The notes: generated from the sequence alone by a model not told the origin. A DNA stretch of 64,000 bases from an uncultured Candidatus Saccharibacteria bacterium (GCA_964446625.1 CAYUPH010000002.1:5743-69742), one strand, 5' to 3'; counted from the stretch's first letter, positions 37,101 to 46,295 are shown. Numbers and translations: made by a program.

Positions 37101-37778
37101 TTTGAAGATTTTGTAAATTGCTTCTGCACCAATTGAAGCTTCAAAAACTGTTCCGTATTTTAGAGAATACTTGTGGTAGTGAACCTCATCAAGAACTCGT
37201 CCCACCCTTAGGTTTTCGATTTCATTTTTTGTTGTGACGAGAAGTTCGCGAATTGCTTCCTTTGTCTTTTCATCAACAACAGTTTTGATTTTTGATTTAA
37301 ACTCAGAATCAAGGTCAGCAAGAACTCGCTTCTTTTCTTCTTCGTTTATTTTTGTAATCAGGTATCCAGCAAAGTAAACTACTTTTTCTACATCTGCAGA
37401 TGGAATTCCAAGAATAAGGCTGATTCGAGAAGGCATAGATCTAAGGAACCAAATGTGCGCAACTGGTGTTGCAAGCTCAATGTGTCCCATTCGCTCTCTT
37501 CTTACAATTGATCGTGTTAGTTCAACTCCACATTTTTCACACACAATTCCTTTGTATCTGATTCCTCGGTATTTTCCACAGTAACACTCGTAGTCTTTGT
37601 CTGGACCAAAGATTTTTTCATCGAAAAGACCGTTCTTTTCGCTTCTCTGAGTTCGATAGTTCATCGTCTCAGGTTTTGTCACTTCTCCGTATGACCATTC
37701 TTTGATTCTCTCTGGGGATGCTACCTTAAGAGAGATGTGGTCGAATTGGTGAGATGTTCTTTTTCTATTCATTGCCAT
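34107..37778 (-). CDS. rpoC: DNA-directed RNA polymerase subunit beta'
   Basis: NADFDGDQM catalytic motif and Zn finger CxxC..CxxC; 1223 aa. Confidence 0.95.
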   Translation of the reverse strand: MAMNRKRTSHQFDHISLKVASPERIKEWSYGEVTKPETMNYRTQRSEKNGLFDEKIFGPDKDYECYCGKYRGIRYKGIVCEKCGVELTRSIVRRERMGHIELATPVAHIWFLRSMPSRISLILGIPSADVEKVVYFAGYLITKINEEEKKRVLADLDSEFKSKIKTVVDEKTKEAIRELLVTTKNEIENLRVGRVLDEVHYHKYSLKYGTVFEASIGAEAIYKIFKDLDLEKLKKDLEASLEEAASAEKEKIHKRLGVINHMSEHGIRPEWMFLSAIPVIPAALRPMVALDGGRHATSDVNDLYRRVINRNNRLKKLMEIHAPDVILRNEKRILQEAVDALIDNSIRHGNAAFAGVNQAQRRPLKSLADNLKGKRGLFRQNLLGKRVDYSGRSVIVVGPELNLSECGLPKHMALELFRPFVVSQILKQELAYNIRGASRLIDEGVPEVWAILEDVIKNKYVLLNRAPTLHRLGIQAFKPILIEGNAVRVHPLVCSAFNADFDGDQMAVHVPLSDEAQLEAREVMASDRNVLKPGSGNLIASVDKLDMLLGCFWMTSTKDGEKGEGKYFENTAAALAAHSFGDLSLRAKIKVIVPDEEKYGEARGKLLDTTLGRLLFNELLPANYPFVNKEVDKKTMSALMADFIALYGINNLAPILDKMKNFGFKYATYSGVTWGIEDIKVPGGKNEVIEEAKKKSEEVVTQFEEGLLSEEERERKNVQIWHGVKSQIEKLVLENLDKTGSVYYMWRSGARGSASQITQMAGMKGLIQNAAGETIELPILSSTKEGFNPIEYFINTHGSRKGLTDTALNTAKAGYLTRRLFVAAQDVVVTEEDCGTKEGILLKKETASGIEIALAKSIRGRVLSDDVLDPNGNVLFTKGHLISDADAKKIEDAGVQAVKARSPLTCKTVQGMCAHCYGLDLGKNEIIDIGEAVGTVAAQAIGEPGTQLTMNTKHAQGASSIAGDVTQGLPRVEEVFEKRKPRNPAVVATVDGVITDIKDTGKEKIITVLPEAGEKTSKKGQGVEYSCHRLRMALYKVGDSFKKGDLLTDGSVDIDELFKYAGREKTEEYIISEIKKLYELQGEPVSRKHIEVIVRQMFSRVKIKNAGDTVFAAGDIVEGAELRDQNQKMREEGKTEAKGEPVVLGITEVSLSRKSFLSAASFQHTTRVLIQAAVEGSEDKLSGLMENVILGRLIPAGTGFAGSKKSAMVKKLQDSFTQSESYE

Positions 37779-37811
37779 ATATTTTTTATATTTTTAGCGA
37801 GTAAAATTCGT

Positions 37812-40800
37812 TTATTTAGAATTTTCTGATTCCTCATCATTCGACCTGTTGAGCTCGATATCAAGAGCAAGACCTCTAATGTTTGAAAGAAGAACATTGA
37901 AAGAAGCTGGTGAATTTGGATTTTCAATTCTTTCTCCTCGAACGATTGAGTCAAAGGCAGCTGATCGTCCTGAAATATCGTCTGATTTTATCGTGAGCAT
38001 TTCTCGAAGCATATACGATGCTCCGTGTCCAAGAAGCGCCCACACCTCCATTTCTCCAAATCGCTGACCTCCACCTTGTGCTTTTCCTCCAAGAGGCTGC
38101 TGAGTAATAAGAGAGTACGGACCAATTGATCGCATGTGGATCTTGTCCTCCACCATGTGGTGAAGTTTTAGAATATACATATATCCAACTGAAATATCTT
38201 GATCGAAAGCGTCTCCTGTTCGTCCGTCATAAAGTTTCATTTTTCCAGTTTCTGAAAATCCTGCTTTCTTTAGTTCTTCTTTGATTTCCACATCTGTAGC
38301 TCCGGCAAACGGAGGAACGATTGCTTGGTATCCAAGAGCCTCAGCTGCAAGACCGAGGTGAAGTTCAAGAATCTGTCCAAGGTTCATACGGCTAGGTACT
38401 CCAAGTGGTGTAAGAACTACATCCACTGGTCTTCCGTCTGCCATGTATGGCATATCTTCTTCTGGAAGCACAACTGAGATAACTCCTTTGTTTCCGTGTC
38501 GTCCTGCAAGTTTGTCTCCAACAGAAACGTTTCGTAGTTGCGCTACTTCAATATGGATTCGTTTGATGATTCCGCTTTCGAGCTTGTCACCCTTTTCTCT
38601 TGAGAAAACTTTAACTCCAATGATTCGTCCTCGTTTTCCGTTCTCCATTCTCTTTGATGTATCTTTTACATCTCGAGATTTTTCTCCGAAGATAGATCGT
38701 AGAAGTCGTTCTTCTGGTGTGAGCTGTGTTTCTCCTTTTGGTGTAATTTTACCAACTAGAATGTCTCCCGGTCTTACTTCTGCTCCAATTCGGATTACTC
38801 CCTCTTCGTCGAGATTTCGTAGTTTTGACTCTCCTACGTTTGGAATGTCGTGAGTTGTAATTTCGGGACCAAGTTTTGTGTCTCGAACATTCACCACAAA
38901 TTCTTCAATATGAATTGATGTAAATTTACTGTCCTTAACAAGTCTTTCAGAAATAACGATGGCATCCTCGTAGTTTTGTCCGCTCCATGTCATGAAGGCA
39001 ACAAGACAGTTTTGTCCAAGCGCCATTTCTCCATCTACTGTTGTTGAACAGTCAACAAGTACATCTCCTTTCTTTACTTCATCACCAACTGACACAACTG
39101 GTCTCTGGTGGAAAGATGTAAATTGGTTTGTTCGTCTAAATTCTGTTAGCAGGTATTCTGCTTCTTTCTTTCCGTATTTTACTTTTACTTTTCGTGCGTC
39201 CGCCGCAGTCACAACTCCATCTTCTTCTGCAACAATTACTCGTCCTGTGTCAAAAGCAGCTTTCTTCTCAACTCCAGTTGCAACAAGAGGAGCTTCAGGA
39301 ATAACACAGGGTGTAGCTTGTTTCTGCATGTTTGAGGCCATGAGCGCTCGGTTTGCCTCGTCGTGGTTTAGGAAAGGAATCATAGAAGTTGCAACAGAAA
39401 ACGCTTGGTTTGTCGCAACGTCAATAAGGTTTACCTCGTTTCGGTTTACAAGGGCTGGTTTTCCTTTGATTCGTACTTCTACATCTTCGTCGATTATTTT
39501 TCCATCCTTGTCATACTTTGTTGCAGCGTGCGCAACAATGTACTCCTCTTCTTCAAGAGCGTTAAGATAAATAATTTCTTTTGAGATTTTTCCGTCCTTT
39601 ACTTTCGCATAAGGAGCTTCAATCATTCCAAAAGAGTTCACTCTTGCGTATGAAGAAAGGTGAAGCACAAGTCCAATGTTTGGTCCTTCTGGTGTGTGGA
39701 TTGGACAAATTCGTCCGTAGTGAGATGGGTGCACGTCTCGAACCTCAAAACCTGCTCGCTCTCGTGTGAGTCCTCCAGGACCAAGAGCAGAAACAGTTCG
39801 TAGGTGCTCAAGCTCTGTCAGCACGTTTTCTTGCTGCATAAACTGAGACAACTGGTTTGTTGTAAAGAATTCCTTGATTCGCGCTTGAAGAGGTCTAGGT
39901 GAAATAAGGTTAATTGGAAGAGTTGTATCTGTATCAATAGTCGACATTCGGTTTTGAATGTTTCTCTTGATTTGAGTCATACCAACTCGAATCTTTTGCT
40001 GAAGAAGCTCACCTACAAATCGCACTCGTCTTGAACCGAGGTGGTCAATATCGTCTGCGTTCGCGTTTGGATTTGAAACAAGTTCTCCTAGGTAAGAGAT
40101 AATTGTAACAAGATCATCAAAAGTAAGAGTCTTAACCGCAAGAGCTTTCTCGTCCATAGACTTAGAAAATCTCTTGTTAAATCGGTGTCGTCCTACTTTT
40201 GAAAGATCGTACCTCTCTTCATCAAAAAGACTAAGGACAAATTCTCTTGCATTGTCTACTGTTGCAAGGTCACCATCTCGAAGTTTTTTGTAAATTTCGA
40301 TAAATGACTCTTCAACTTTCTTTGTGTGGTCTTTTGCAAATGTTGATTCAACAAGCTTCTTTGCATCAGCGTTCCCTGCAAATTTTGAAACGATTTCTGC
40401 GTCGGTAAGTGAAGGATTGTCGCGGTAAGCAAGAGTTCGAAGAAGGCAAGATACTGGGAACTTTCGTTTTCGGTCAATTCGAACATAAAGGGTTCCATCT
40501 GTATCTGTCTCGATCTCTACCCATGCCCCTCGAGCTGGGATTACTTTTGCTCCGAACAGGCTTGCACCTTTGCTTGATTCTGTTGAAGTAAAGAAAACTC
40601 CAAAACTTCGAGCAAGCTGTGGCACAATTACTCGCTCAATACCGTTAATGATGAAAGTAGCATTTGAAGTCATGATAGGAAAATCAGCAATAAAGATTTC
40701 CTGCTCCTTTTCTGTCTGAAGAATCTTGTTCTTTAGCTTCACCATAATCTTAAGTGGGGCTTCGTAGTTCATCTTGTTCTCCATCGCATATCGCTCATCG

Positions 40801-41057
40801 TATTTTGCTTCTCCAAGCTCAAAACGCCCGAAAGAAAATTCAAATTTCTTTCCGGTAAAGTCGACGATTTTATTGAATTCATCGAAGACTTCTTTGAGGC
40901 CTTCAGAGAGAAGCCATTTGAACGAATTCGTCTGACCTTCAATTAGGTTTGGCAGATCCGTTAGTGGAGTCTTGTACTTACTAAAAAACTTTTTGTTTCG
41001 GGTATTTGCCGAAACACCGAGAGCATGCTTCTCGGCCTTTTCTATATTTTTTGGCAT
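37812..41057 (-). CDS. rpoB: DNA-directed RNA polymerase subunit beta
   Basis: Conserved Rpb2-type regions; 1081 aa. Confidence 0.95.
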   Translation of the reverse strand: MPKNIEKAEKHALGVSANTRNKKFFSKYKTPLTDLPNLIEGQTNSFKWLLSEGLKEVFDEFNKIVDFTGKKFEFSFGRFELGEAKYDERYAMENKMNYEAPLKIMVKLKNKILQTEKEQEIFIADFPIMTSNATFIINGIERVIVPQLARSFGVFFTSTESSKGASLFGAKVIPARGAWVEIETDTDGTLYVRIDRKRKFPVSCLLRTLAYRDNPSLTDAEIVSKFAGNADAKKLVESTFAKDHTKKVEESFIEIYKKLRDGDLATVDNAREFVLSLFDEERYDLSKVGRHRFNKRFSKSMDEKALAVKTLTFDDLVTIISYLGELVSNPNANADDIDHLGSRRVRFVGELLQQKIRVGMTQIKRNIQNRMSTIDTDTTLPINLISPRPLQARIKEFFTTNQLSQFMQQENVLTELEHLRTVSALGPGGLTRERAGFEVRDVHPSHYGRICPIHTPEGPNIGLVLHLSSYARVNSFGMIEAPYAKVKDGKISKEIIYLNALEEEEYIVAHAATKYDKDGKIIDEDVEVRIKGKPALVNRNEVNLIDVATNQAFSVATSMIPFLNHDEANRALMASNMQKQATPCVIPEAPLVATGVEKKAAFDTGRVIVAEEDGVVTAADARKVKVKYGKKEAEYLLTEFRRTNQFTSFHQRPVVSVGDEVKKGDVLVDCSTTVDGEMALGQNCLVAFMTWSGQNYEDAIVISERLVKDSKFTSIHIEEFVVNVRDTKLGPEITTHDIPNVGESKLRNLDEEGVIRIGAEVRPGDILVGKITPKGETQLTPEERLLRSIFGEKSRDVKDTSKRMENGKRGRIIGVKVFSREKGDKLESGIIKRIHIEVAQLRNVSVGDKLAGRHGNKGVISVVLPEEDMPYMADGRPVDVVLTPLGVPSRMNLGQILELHLGLAAEALGYQAIVPPFAGATDVEIKEELKKAGFSETGKMKLYDGRTGDAFDQDISVGYMYILKLHHMVEDKIHMRSIGPYSLITQQPLGGKAQGGGQRFGEMEVWALLGHGASYMLREMLTIKSDDISGRSAAFDSIVRGERIENPNSPASFNVLLSNIRGLALDIELNRSNDEESENSK

Positions 41058-41295
41058 CTATATTTTACCAAATTAATTCTCCAAAACTCACAAAAAGAAA
41101 CAGCTATCCTTCACTTGGAGCTATTTCTGTTTGTGATGTCTCTTTTTTATTATTAAGGAGAAGAGTCTTATAATTTTCGCACGTGCCACTTCATACAAAA
41201 ACACAATCTTTATAGGCTTCGTGATTATACCTTAGGGCAAAAAATAATGCAAGGGAAAGCTCTATACAAAACCCTCTAAAATACGGCTCAAAAGG

Positions 41296-41988
41296 CTACT
41301 TTCTATCCCTTTTTCTCCAAAGTTCGATTTCTGCGTGGTTTCCTGAGAGGAGAACCTTTGGTACTTTGTACTTTTTACCCTTCCAGAGGAGGACTTCCGG
41401 CCGAGTATAGACGACGCTCGACGCTACCCTTTCCTCTTCTCTGGAGTCAAAGTTTCCAAGAACTCCCTCAATTTGTCTCGAAATCGAATCAATCAAAATC
41501 ATCGCTGGAATTTCACCTCCGGTAAGAACATAATCCCCAATCGATATATCTTCCATTTTAAAGACTTTCTTTACTCGCTCGTCAATTCCCTCATACCTCC
41601 CACACACAAGAATAATATCGGTATACTTCTTCGAGGCTGATTTCGCATAATTTGTATCAAACTTTTTGCCGGTAGGTGAAAAGAAAACAATTTTTACCTT
41701 ACTCTTTTTTTGCTTCTCCCCTTTTGTAATTTTCTTAAAAATTGCCTCTAAAGCTCTTAGAACAGGCAATGCTTCTATTACCATACCTGGTCCTCCCCCA
41801 TACGGTTTATCATCAACTCGTAGATACGGCTTCTCCTTTTGCTTTTGAGACTTACTCGCTTTTGCAAAATCCCTAGGGTTGTAAAAACTTACCTTTATTT
41901 TCTTCTCTTTTATAGCACGCGCCAAAATCGACTCGGAAAGATACGAGCCGACAAGGTCCGGAAAAAGGGTGACAACATGAAATTTCAT
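41296..41988 (-). CDS. trmD: tRNA (guanine37-N1)-methyltransferase
   Basis: MKFHVVTLFPDL N-terminus and SPOUT fold motifs. The start is taken at the internal ATG 41988 because the upstream part of the ORF is Ala/Leu junk. Confidence 0.85.
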   Translation of the reverse strand: MKFHVVTLFPDLVGSYLSESILARAIKEKKIKVSFYNPRDFAKASKSQKQKEKPYLRVDDKPYGGGPGMVIEALPVLRALEAIFKKITKGEKQKKSKVKIVFFSPTGKKFDTNYAKSASKKYTDIILVCGRYEGIDERVKKVFKMEDISIGDYVLTGGEIPAMILIDSISRQIEGVLGNFDSREEERVASSVVYTRPEVLLWKGKKYKVPKVLLSGNHAEIELWRKRDRK

Positions 41989-42023
41989 ACCGTGACTATA
42001 CAATAAAACAAGTAAAATGAGAA

Positions 42024-42047
42024 GGGGCGCAGCGGATGCTGCGCCCC
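42024..42047 (-). terminator. GC-rich hairpin (ggggcgcagc ggat gctgcgcccc) with a U-rich 3' flank on the minus strand, 36 nt upstream of trmD. Possible attenuator.
   Basis: Perfect 10-bp stem. Two further hairpins lie at 42074-42087 and 42105-42128. Confidence 0.35.
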
Positions 42048-42206
42048 TTTGGGCTTTTGTCTTTTTTCGGACTGGGCTAAACAGCCCGATAACAAACAAG
42101 AGCAGTGAGGGATGAAGCGCTTCCTCACTTTTTCCTCATACAACCTACTCTTTCTCTAAACAAAAAACAAGTCCCTCTCGGGACTTGTTTTTTGTTTTTG
42201 AGATAT

Positions 42207-42533
42207 TTAGATGTGGAGGTCTTCCATAGCTTCGTCTACTGATTTCATTGCAGGAGAAGCAGATGGTGCTGATTCGCTTCGAGTGTACCCTTCTGGTTCG
42301 TTGATCTTTAGGTTTACTCGAGCATTGTTTTTCATTCCAACAACTCGTAGAAGTGTTCGGATTGCTTTCGCTGTGTTTCCTTGTCTTCCAATCACTTTAC
42401 CCATATCGCTTGGGTCAACAGTGAGGATAAGGAGAACTCCCATTTCATCTACTGTTCTTGTAATCTTTACTGCGTCTTTGTTATCGACGAGCGCCTTTAC
42501 GACATAATCTAGAAATTGTGCGTCTGATTCCAT
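42207..42533 (-). CDS. KH-domain RNA-binding protein (KhpA/YlqC family)
   Basis: KH motif VIGRQGNTAKAIRTLL. Confidence 0.85.
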   Translation of the reverse strand: MESDAQFLDYVVKALVDNKDAVKITRTVDEMGVLLILTVDPSDMGKVIGRQGNTAKAIRTLLRVVGMKNNARVNLKINEPEGYTRSESAPSASPAMKSVDEAMEDLHI

Positions 42534-42633
42534 GTTTTTCTTTTACTCACTAAACAGCTTATAAACGGGAATGGCCGAATACCTTTTCCCACCCCAAAAG
42601 TATATCACAAATGGGGTATGTACTCAAGAAAGA

Positions 42634-42936
42634 TTAAGCCTTAGCTTCTTCTTTTTTCTGAGGAGATTTTCGAGGAAGAACGTTTACTTTCTTACCTTCG
42701 ACAATGTTTTTTGATACGAGAAGATTGTGGACAGTGTGTGATACCTGAGCACCTTTTGAAATCCAGTACTTTACTTTATCAGCGTCAATCTGAGTATTCT
42801 TTTCAAATCGGAAATCATGGTTTCCAAGAACCTCTAGAAAACGACCACTTTTTGCGGCGTTCTTTGAGTCAGTCAAAACAAGCTTAAATGCTGGTTCGTG
42901 CTTTCGTCCTACTCTTTGTAATCTTATTTTTAGCAT
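42634..42936 (-). CDS. rpsP: 30S ribosomal protein S16
   Basis: MLKIRLQRVGRKHEPAFKLVLTDS. Internal Met used as start. Confidence 0.9.
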   Translation of the reverse strand: MLKIRLQRVGRKHEPAFKLVLTDSKNAAKSGRFLEVLGNHDFRFEKNTQIDADKVKYWISKGAQVSHTVHNLLVSKNIVEGKKVNVLPRKSPQKKEEAKA

Positions 42937-42977
42937 AGACGAAATACTATCAGAAAGGTGCGTTTTGGTCAAATACC

Positions 42978-45206
42978 CTACTTTGCCATAGCCTCTGCAG
43001 CTGCAAACTCAATCGAGAGCACCTTTGACACAGCATCCCTTCCCATAGTGACTCCATAGAGAACCCCAGCTCTGCTCATTGTTTCTCTATTGTGAGTAAT
43101 CACAATAAGCTCTGAGTGTTTTGCAAGAGACTCTACCATGTCCCCATATTTTCGAGAGTTTGATTCGTCGAGTGCCGCGTCTGTTTCATCGAGAATAACA
43201 AAAGGTGGCGGATTTACCTGCGAGATAGCAAAAAGGAGCGCAATCGAAGTAAGCGCTCTTTCACCTCCTGAAAGCATCATAAGTCCTTTTATTTTCTTGT
43301 GTGGAAGAGACACTTCAACTTCAAGTCCTTCCTCTACTTTTTCTTCAGGGTTTTCTACTTCCCCTTCTGGCAAGACAGATTTACGTCGACTGTTCGCTCT
43401 TACAACACTAAGCGATGCTTTTCCACCTCCAAACATTGCTGTAAAGAAAGTATGAAATTCACTATTGATTTTTTGCACCCCTTCTTTAAATTCTTTGTCG
43501 AGTCTCTCTGTTAGTTCTGCAATCATTCGCACAAGATCATTTTTTGCTTCTTCAAGGTCAACCAGTTCACGCGCAAGAAAGAGGTCTCTTTCTTCTGTTT
43601 CTTTAAATTCCTTTTCAATATCAGCACCTCCTGCAACCCCTGCTTCTTCTAGCCTAATTCGCAGTCTCTCAATATGCTTTCTTTTCTCTGCTTGCTCTGC
43701 TCGGTTTTTGCCATCATTTGTCACAAACTCTTCTTCAAATCGCAAAACCTCGACTCCACAAAGAGTTGATATGTCTCCAATGTCATTCTTTAAATTCACT
43801 TCATCCGTTTGAAGGAGTCTCTCTTCGCTCTCTAGTCTTTGCAGTGCATTTCTCGCTTCATTTTGTTTTGCGATAATTTCAAAAATTTTCTTTTCTGCTT
43901 CTCTGCTTTCATCTTTTGCTTTTTCTATCTCCTCTTTCTTTTGATTGTATGCCCGCAGAAGCGCCTCTTCTTCTTTTCGAACATCTTCAAGACTTACTTC
44001 AATTTGTGTTTTCTTTTCCTTTAATGCCGAGATTTCAACCTTTAGCGCCTGAAGAGAGCTTGATGGAGTACTATGTTTGTTTCTCTCAATAAAGTGTCGA
44101 ATAATTTTTTGAATATCAGCAATACAATTCTGAAGACTCTCTGCGTCGCGCTCTGCTCCACTTAATCTCTCGGCAACTTCTCTTTCAAGCTGTTCTACTT
44201 CTTTTAGTGACACAGTCTTTGACTCGTCCTCATGCAAAGCTTTTTCTTCTCTTTCCAAAGCTTTTCCCGAAAAAGAAATCTCTCCCTCAAGACGCCCAAG
44301 GTCCCGCACCAAAGAGTCCTTCCGTGTTCGCGCTTCTGAAAGCGAAGCTTCGAGTGAAAGGATTTCAGGTGTGCTTTCTCGGTCCTTTACTCCTGCTTCT
44401 ACCGCTTTTCGGGCAGCAAGGAGCTCGGTCTCAAGCACACGCAGTTCAAGCTCCGGTGCTTTCTTTTTGTTTTGTAAATTTTCTTTTGCCTCGCCAATGT
44501 AGAGCGACTCGATTTTAAAATATATCCTCGAAGCAGAAATAAGTTCCTCGCGCATTTGTCTCGATTTTTCTACTTTCTCTACCTGCTTTTTAAGAAAACG
44601 CAGGTGCGGAGCAATCTCACGCCTAAGGCTTTCTACTTGGCGAATATTTTCATCTGTCTTTTGAAGCTTTCGCTCGCTTTCTTCTTTTTTGTATTCGTAA
44701 ATTTTGATTCCAAGAGCGTCCTCTATCATTTCTCTTTTTTCTCTTGGACTTGCATGTAGAATTCGGTCGGCTTCACCTTGAGAAATAATATGGTGTCCTG
44801 AAGCTCCAATATTTGCCTGCGCTAGGAGCTCAGAAATGTCTTTTAGTCGAACTTTGCTTCCGTTTATTGCATACTCATTTGAACCATCTGAAAGCACCAC
44901 TCGCTCAATAGATACCTCGTCAAAATCCACCGCAAAAAGTTTTTGACTGTTATCGAACACAAGTTTGACGCCCGCCCTCGAAGAGCGGGGTGCTTCGCTT
45001 GACCCACTAAAAATAAGGTCCTCCCCTTTTTTTCCTCGCATACTTTTCATAGACTGTTCTCCCAGTACGAAACGAAAAGCTTCTGCGACGTTACTTTTTC
45101 CAGAACCATTTGGTCCAACAATAGCTGTAATTGGTGCAGTAAAATTTAAGACTGTTTTTCGTCCAAAAGATTTAAACCCTGTTATCTCGAGACTTTTGAG
45201 TGTCAT
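42978..45206 (-). CDS. smc: SMC-like ABC ATPase (742 aa) with a short coiled coil and no recognisable hinge domain
   Basis: N-terminal ITGFKSF...GPNGSGKSN. C-terminal LSGGERALTSIALLFA...ILDETDAALD. Sits in conserved rnc-smc synteny. Confidence 0.8.
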   Translation of the reverse strand: MTLKSLEITGFKSFGRKTVLNFTAPITAIVGPNGSGKSNVAEAFRFVLGEQSMKSMRGKKGEDLIFSGSSEAPRSSRAGVKLVFDNSQKLFAVDFDEVSIERVVLSDGSNEYAINGSKVRLKDISELLAQANIGASGHHIISQGEADRILHASPREKREMIEDALGIKIYEYKKEESERKLQKTDENIRQVESLRREIAPHLRFLKKQVEKVEKSRQMREELISASRIYFKIESLYIGEAKENLQNKKKAPELELRVLETELLAARKAVEAGVKDRESTPEILSLEASLSEARTRKDSLVRDLGRLEGEISFSGKALEREEKALHEDESKTVSLKEVEQLEREVAERLSGAERDAESLQNCIADIQKIIRHFIERNKHSTPSSSLQALKVEISALKEKKTQIEVSLEDVRKEEEALLRAYNQKKEEIEKAKDESREAEKKIFEIIAKQNEARNALQRLESEERLLQTDEVNLKNDIGDISTLCGVEVLRFEEEFVTNDGKNRAEQAEKRKHIERLRIRLEEAGVAGGADIEKEFKETEERDLFLARELVDLEEAKNDLVRMIAELTERLDKEFKEGVQKINSEFHTFFTAMFGGGKASLSVVRANSRRKSVLPEGEVENPEEKVEEGLEVEVSLPHKKIKGLMMLSGGERALTSIALLFAISQVNPPPFVILDETDAALDESNSRKYGDMVESLAKHSELIVITHNRETMSRAGVLYGVTMGRDAVSKVLSIEFAAAEAMAK

Positions 45207-45284
45207 GGTTATAAGTATAAAGGATTAAAGGGAAAGTAGAAATACACAGTTGCAAAATAGAGAAAAAGGAATAAAATCGGGTTT

Positions 45285-45497
45285 ATGAATAAACTCGCTC
45301 TTTTTAGAAAAACTGTCTGGGCAACCATCTCTCCGATCTGTAAAGATCCCGGCGCATGGCTTCTTACTTTCTCACTCGTTCTTGTAACGATTGATAAGTC
45401 GAGCTTACCAAGTCTTTTTGCACTCTCAACCTCCGTATTAGCACTCATCACTGAGATGATTGTTTTGGTAAGGCAAGAAGATGGAGCCAGTTCCTGA
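45285..45497 (+). CDS. Hypothetical small membrane protein (70 aa, 2 TM)
   Basis: Hydrophobic ORF followed by two plus-strand terminators. Weak SD. Confidence 0.3.
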   Translation: MNKLALFRKTVWATISPICKDPGAWLLTFSLVLVTIDKSSLPSLFALSTSVLALITEMIVLVRQEDGASS

Positions 45498-45516
45498 TTC
45501 TCCAGAACCACCTTCT

Positions 45517-45541
45517 GCCTCCTGATCGGGAGGTTTTTTTA
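45517..45541 (+). terminator. Terminator cctcc tgatcg ggagg plus T7
   Basis: Read from the sequence. Confidence 0.5.
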
Positions 45542-45548
45542 TGTAAAA

Positions 45549-45590
45549 AGCCGGGGCACTTCGCGCCCCGGCTGTTGTTTCTTTTTACTT
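45549..45590. terminator. Bidirectional terminator agccggggc acttcgc gccccggct
   Basis: 9-bp GC stem. T-rich on the plus side and ttttt on the minus side; serves rnc on the minus strand. Confidence 0.6.
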
Positions 45591-45603
45591 TCTACTTTTT
45601 TCT

Positions 45604-46290
45604 CTACCACCCCTTCGCTCCGAGTCCCTTTCTTGCCGCGTCTTGTTCTGCTTCTTGTTTGCTTTTTCCACTTCCTTCTGCAACACACTCCTCGCCTACG
45701 AAAACCGCAACTGTAAATTGTTTGTCGTGGTCTGGTCCATTTTCTCGAACAGTTTTGTATACAGGAGTTAGTCCCACTTCTTCTTGAGCTTTCTCTTGAA
45801 AGAAACTTTTTGCATCAATCCAAAGTCTCTTCTCTTCAATTTCTTCAAGCCGTGGAAGCAAAACTTTGTTTATAAATTTTTCTGCCTCCTCGTAACCTTG
45901 GTCGAGATAAATCGCACCAACAACAGATTCAAACGTATTTGCTAGTATGTATTGTCTCGCTCTCCCTTTGTCTTTTGCTTCACCTTTTGAAAGAAGTAGA
46001 AATTCATTAAATCCCAGCTCCAGAGAAATATCTGAAAGGATGTTTGAGTTTACAAGCGCAGATCGTAGTGCTGTCATTTCTCCTTCTGGTTTCTTTGGAT
46101 ATTTTTTGTACAAAAAGTCTGTGACAACAAGCTCTAAAACTGCGTCACCCAAAAACTCTAGTCTCTCGTTGTGCTCAAGACCAAGTCCTCTGTTTTCATT
46201 TAAATACGAACGGTGAGTAAAAGCTTTTTTTAGAAGCTCTTTGTTCTTAAATACTGTTGCTATTGTTTTTTCTATTACTTCAAAATCCAT
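45604..46290 (-). CDS. rnc: Ribonuclease III
   Basis: ERLEFLGDAVLELVV signature and a C-terminal dsRBD. Confidence 0.9.
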   Translation of the reverse strand: MDFEVIEKTIATVFKNKELLKKAFTHRSYLNENRGLGLEHNERLEFLGDAVLELVVTDFLYKKYPKKPEGEMTALRSALVNSNILSDISLELGFNEFLLLSKGEAKDKGRARQYILANTFESVVGAIYLDQGYEEAEKFINKVLLPRLEEIEEKRLWIDAKSFFQEKAQEEVGLTPVYKTVRENGPDHDKQFTVAVFVGEECVAEGSGKSKQEAEQDAARKGLGAKGW

Positions 46291-46295
46291 TTTCT

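Noticed and set aside
42978-45206. Calling the 742-aa ABC ATPase RecN or SbcC instead of SMC
   Set aside because: The FKSF N-terminus, the SMC-type signature/D-loop spacing and the conserved position downstream of rnc favour an SMC orthologue despite the missing hinge. It is kept as SMC-like, with the anomaly flagged.
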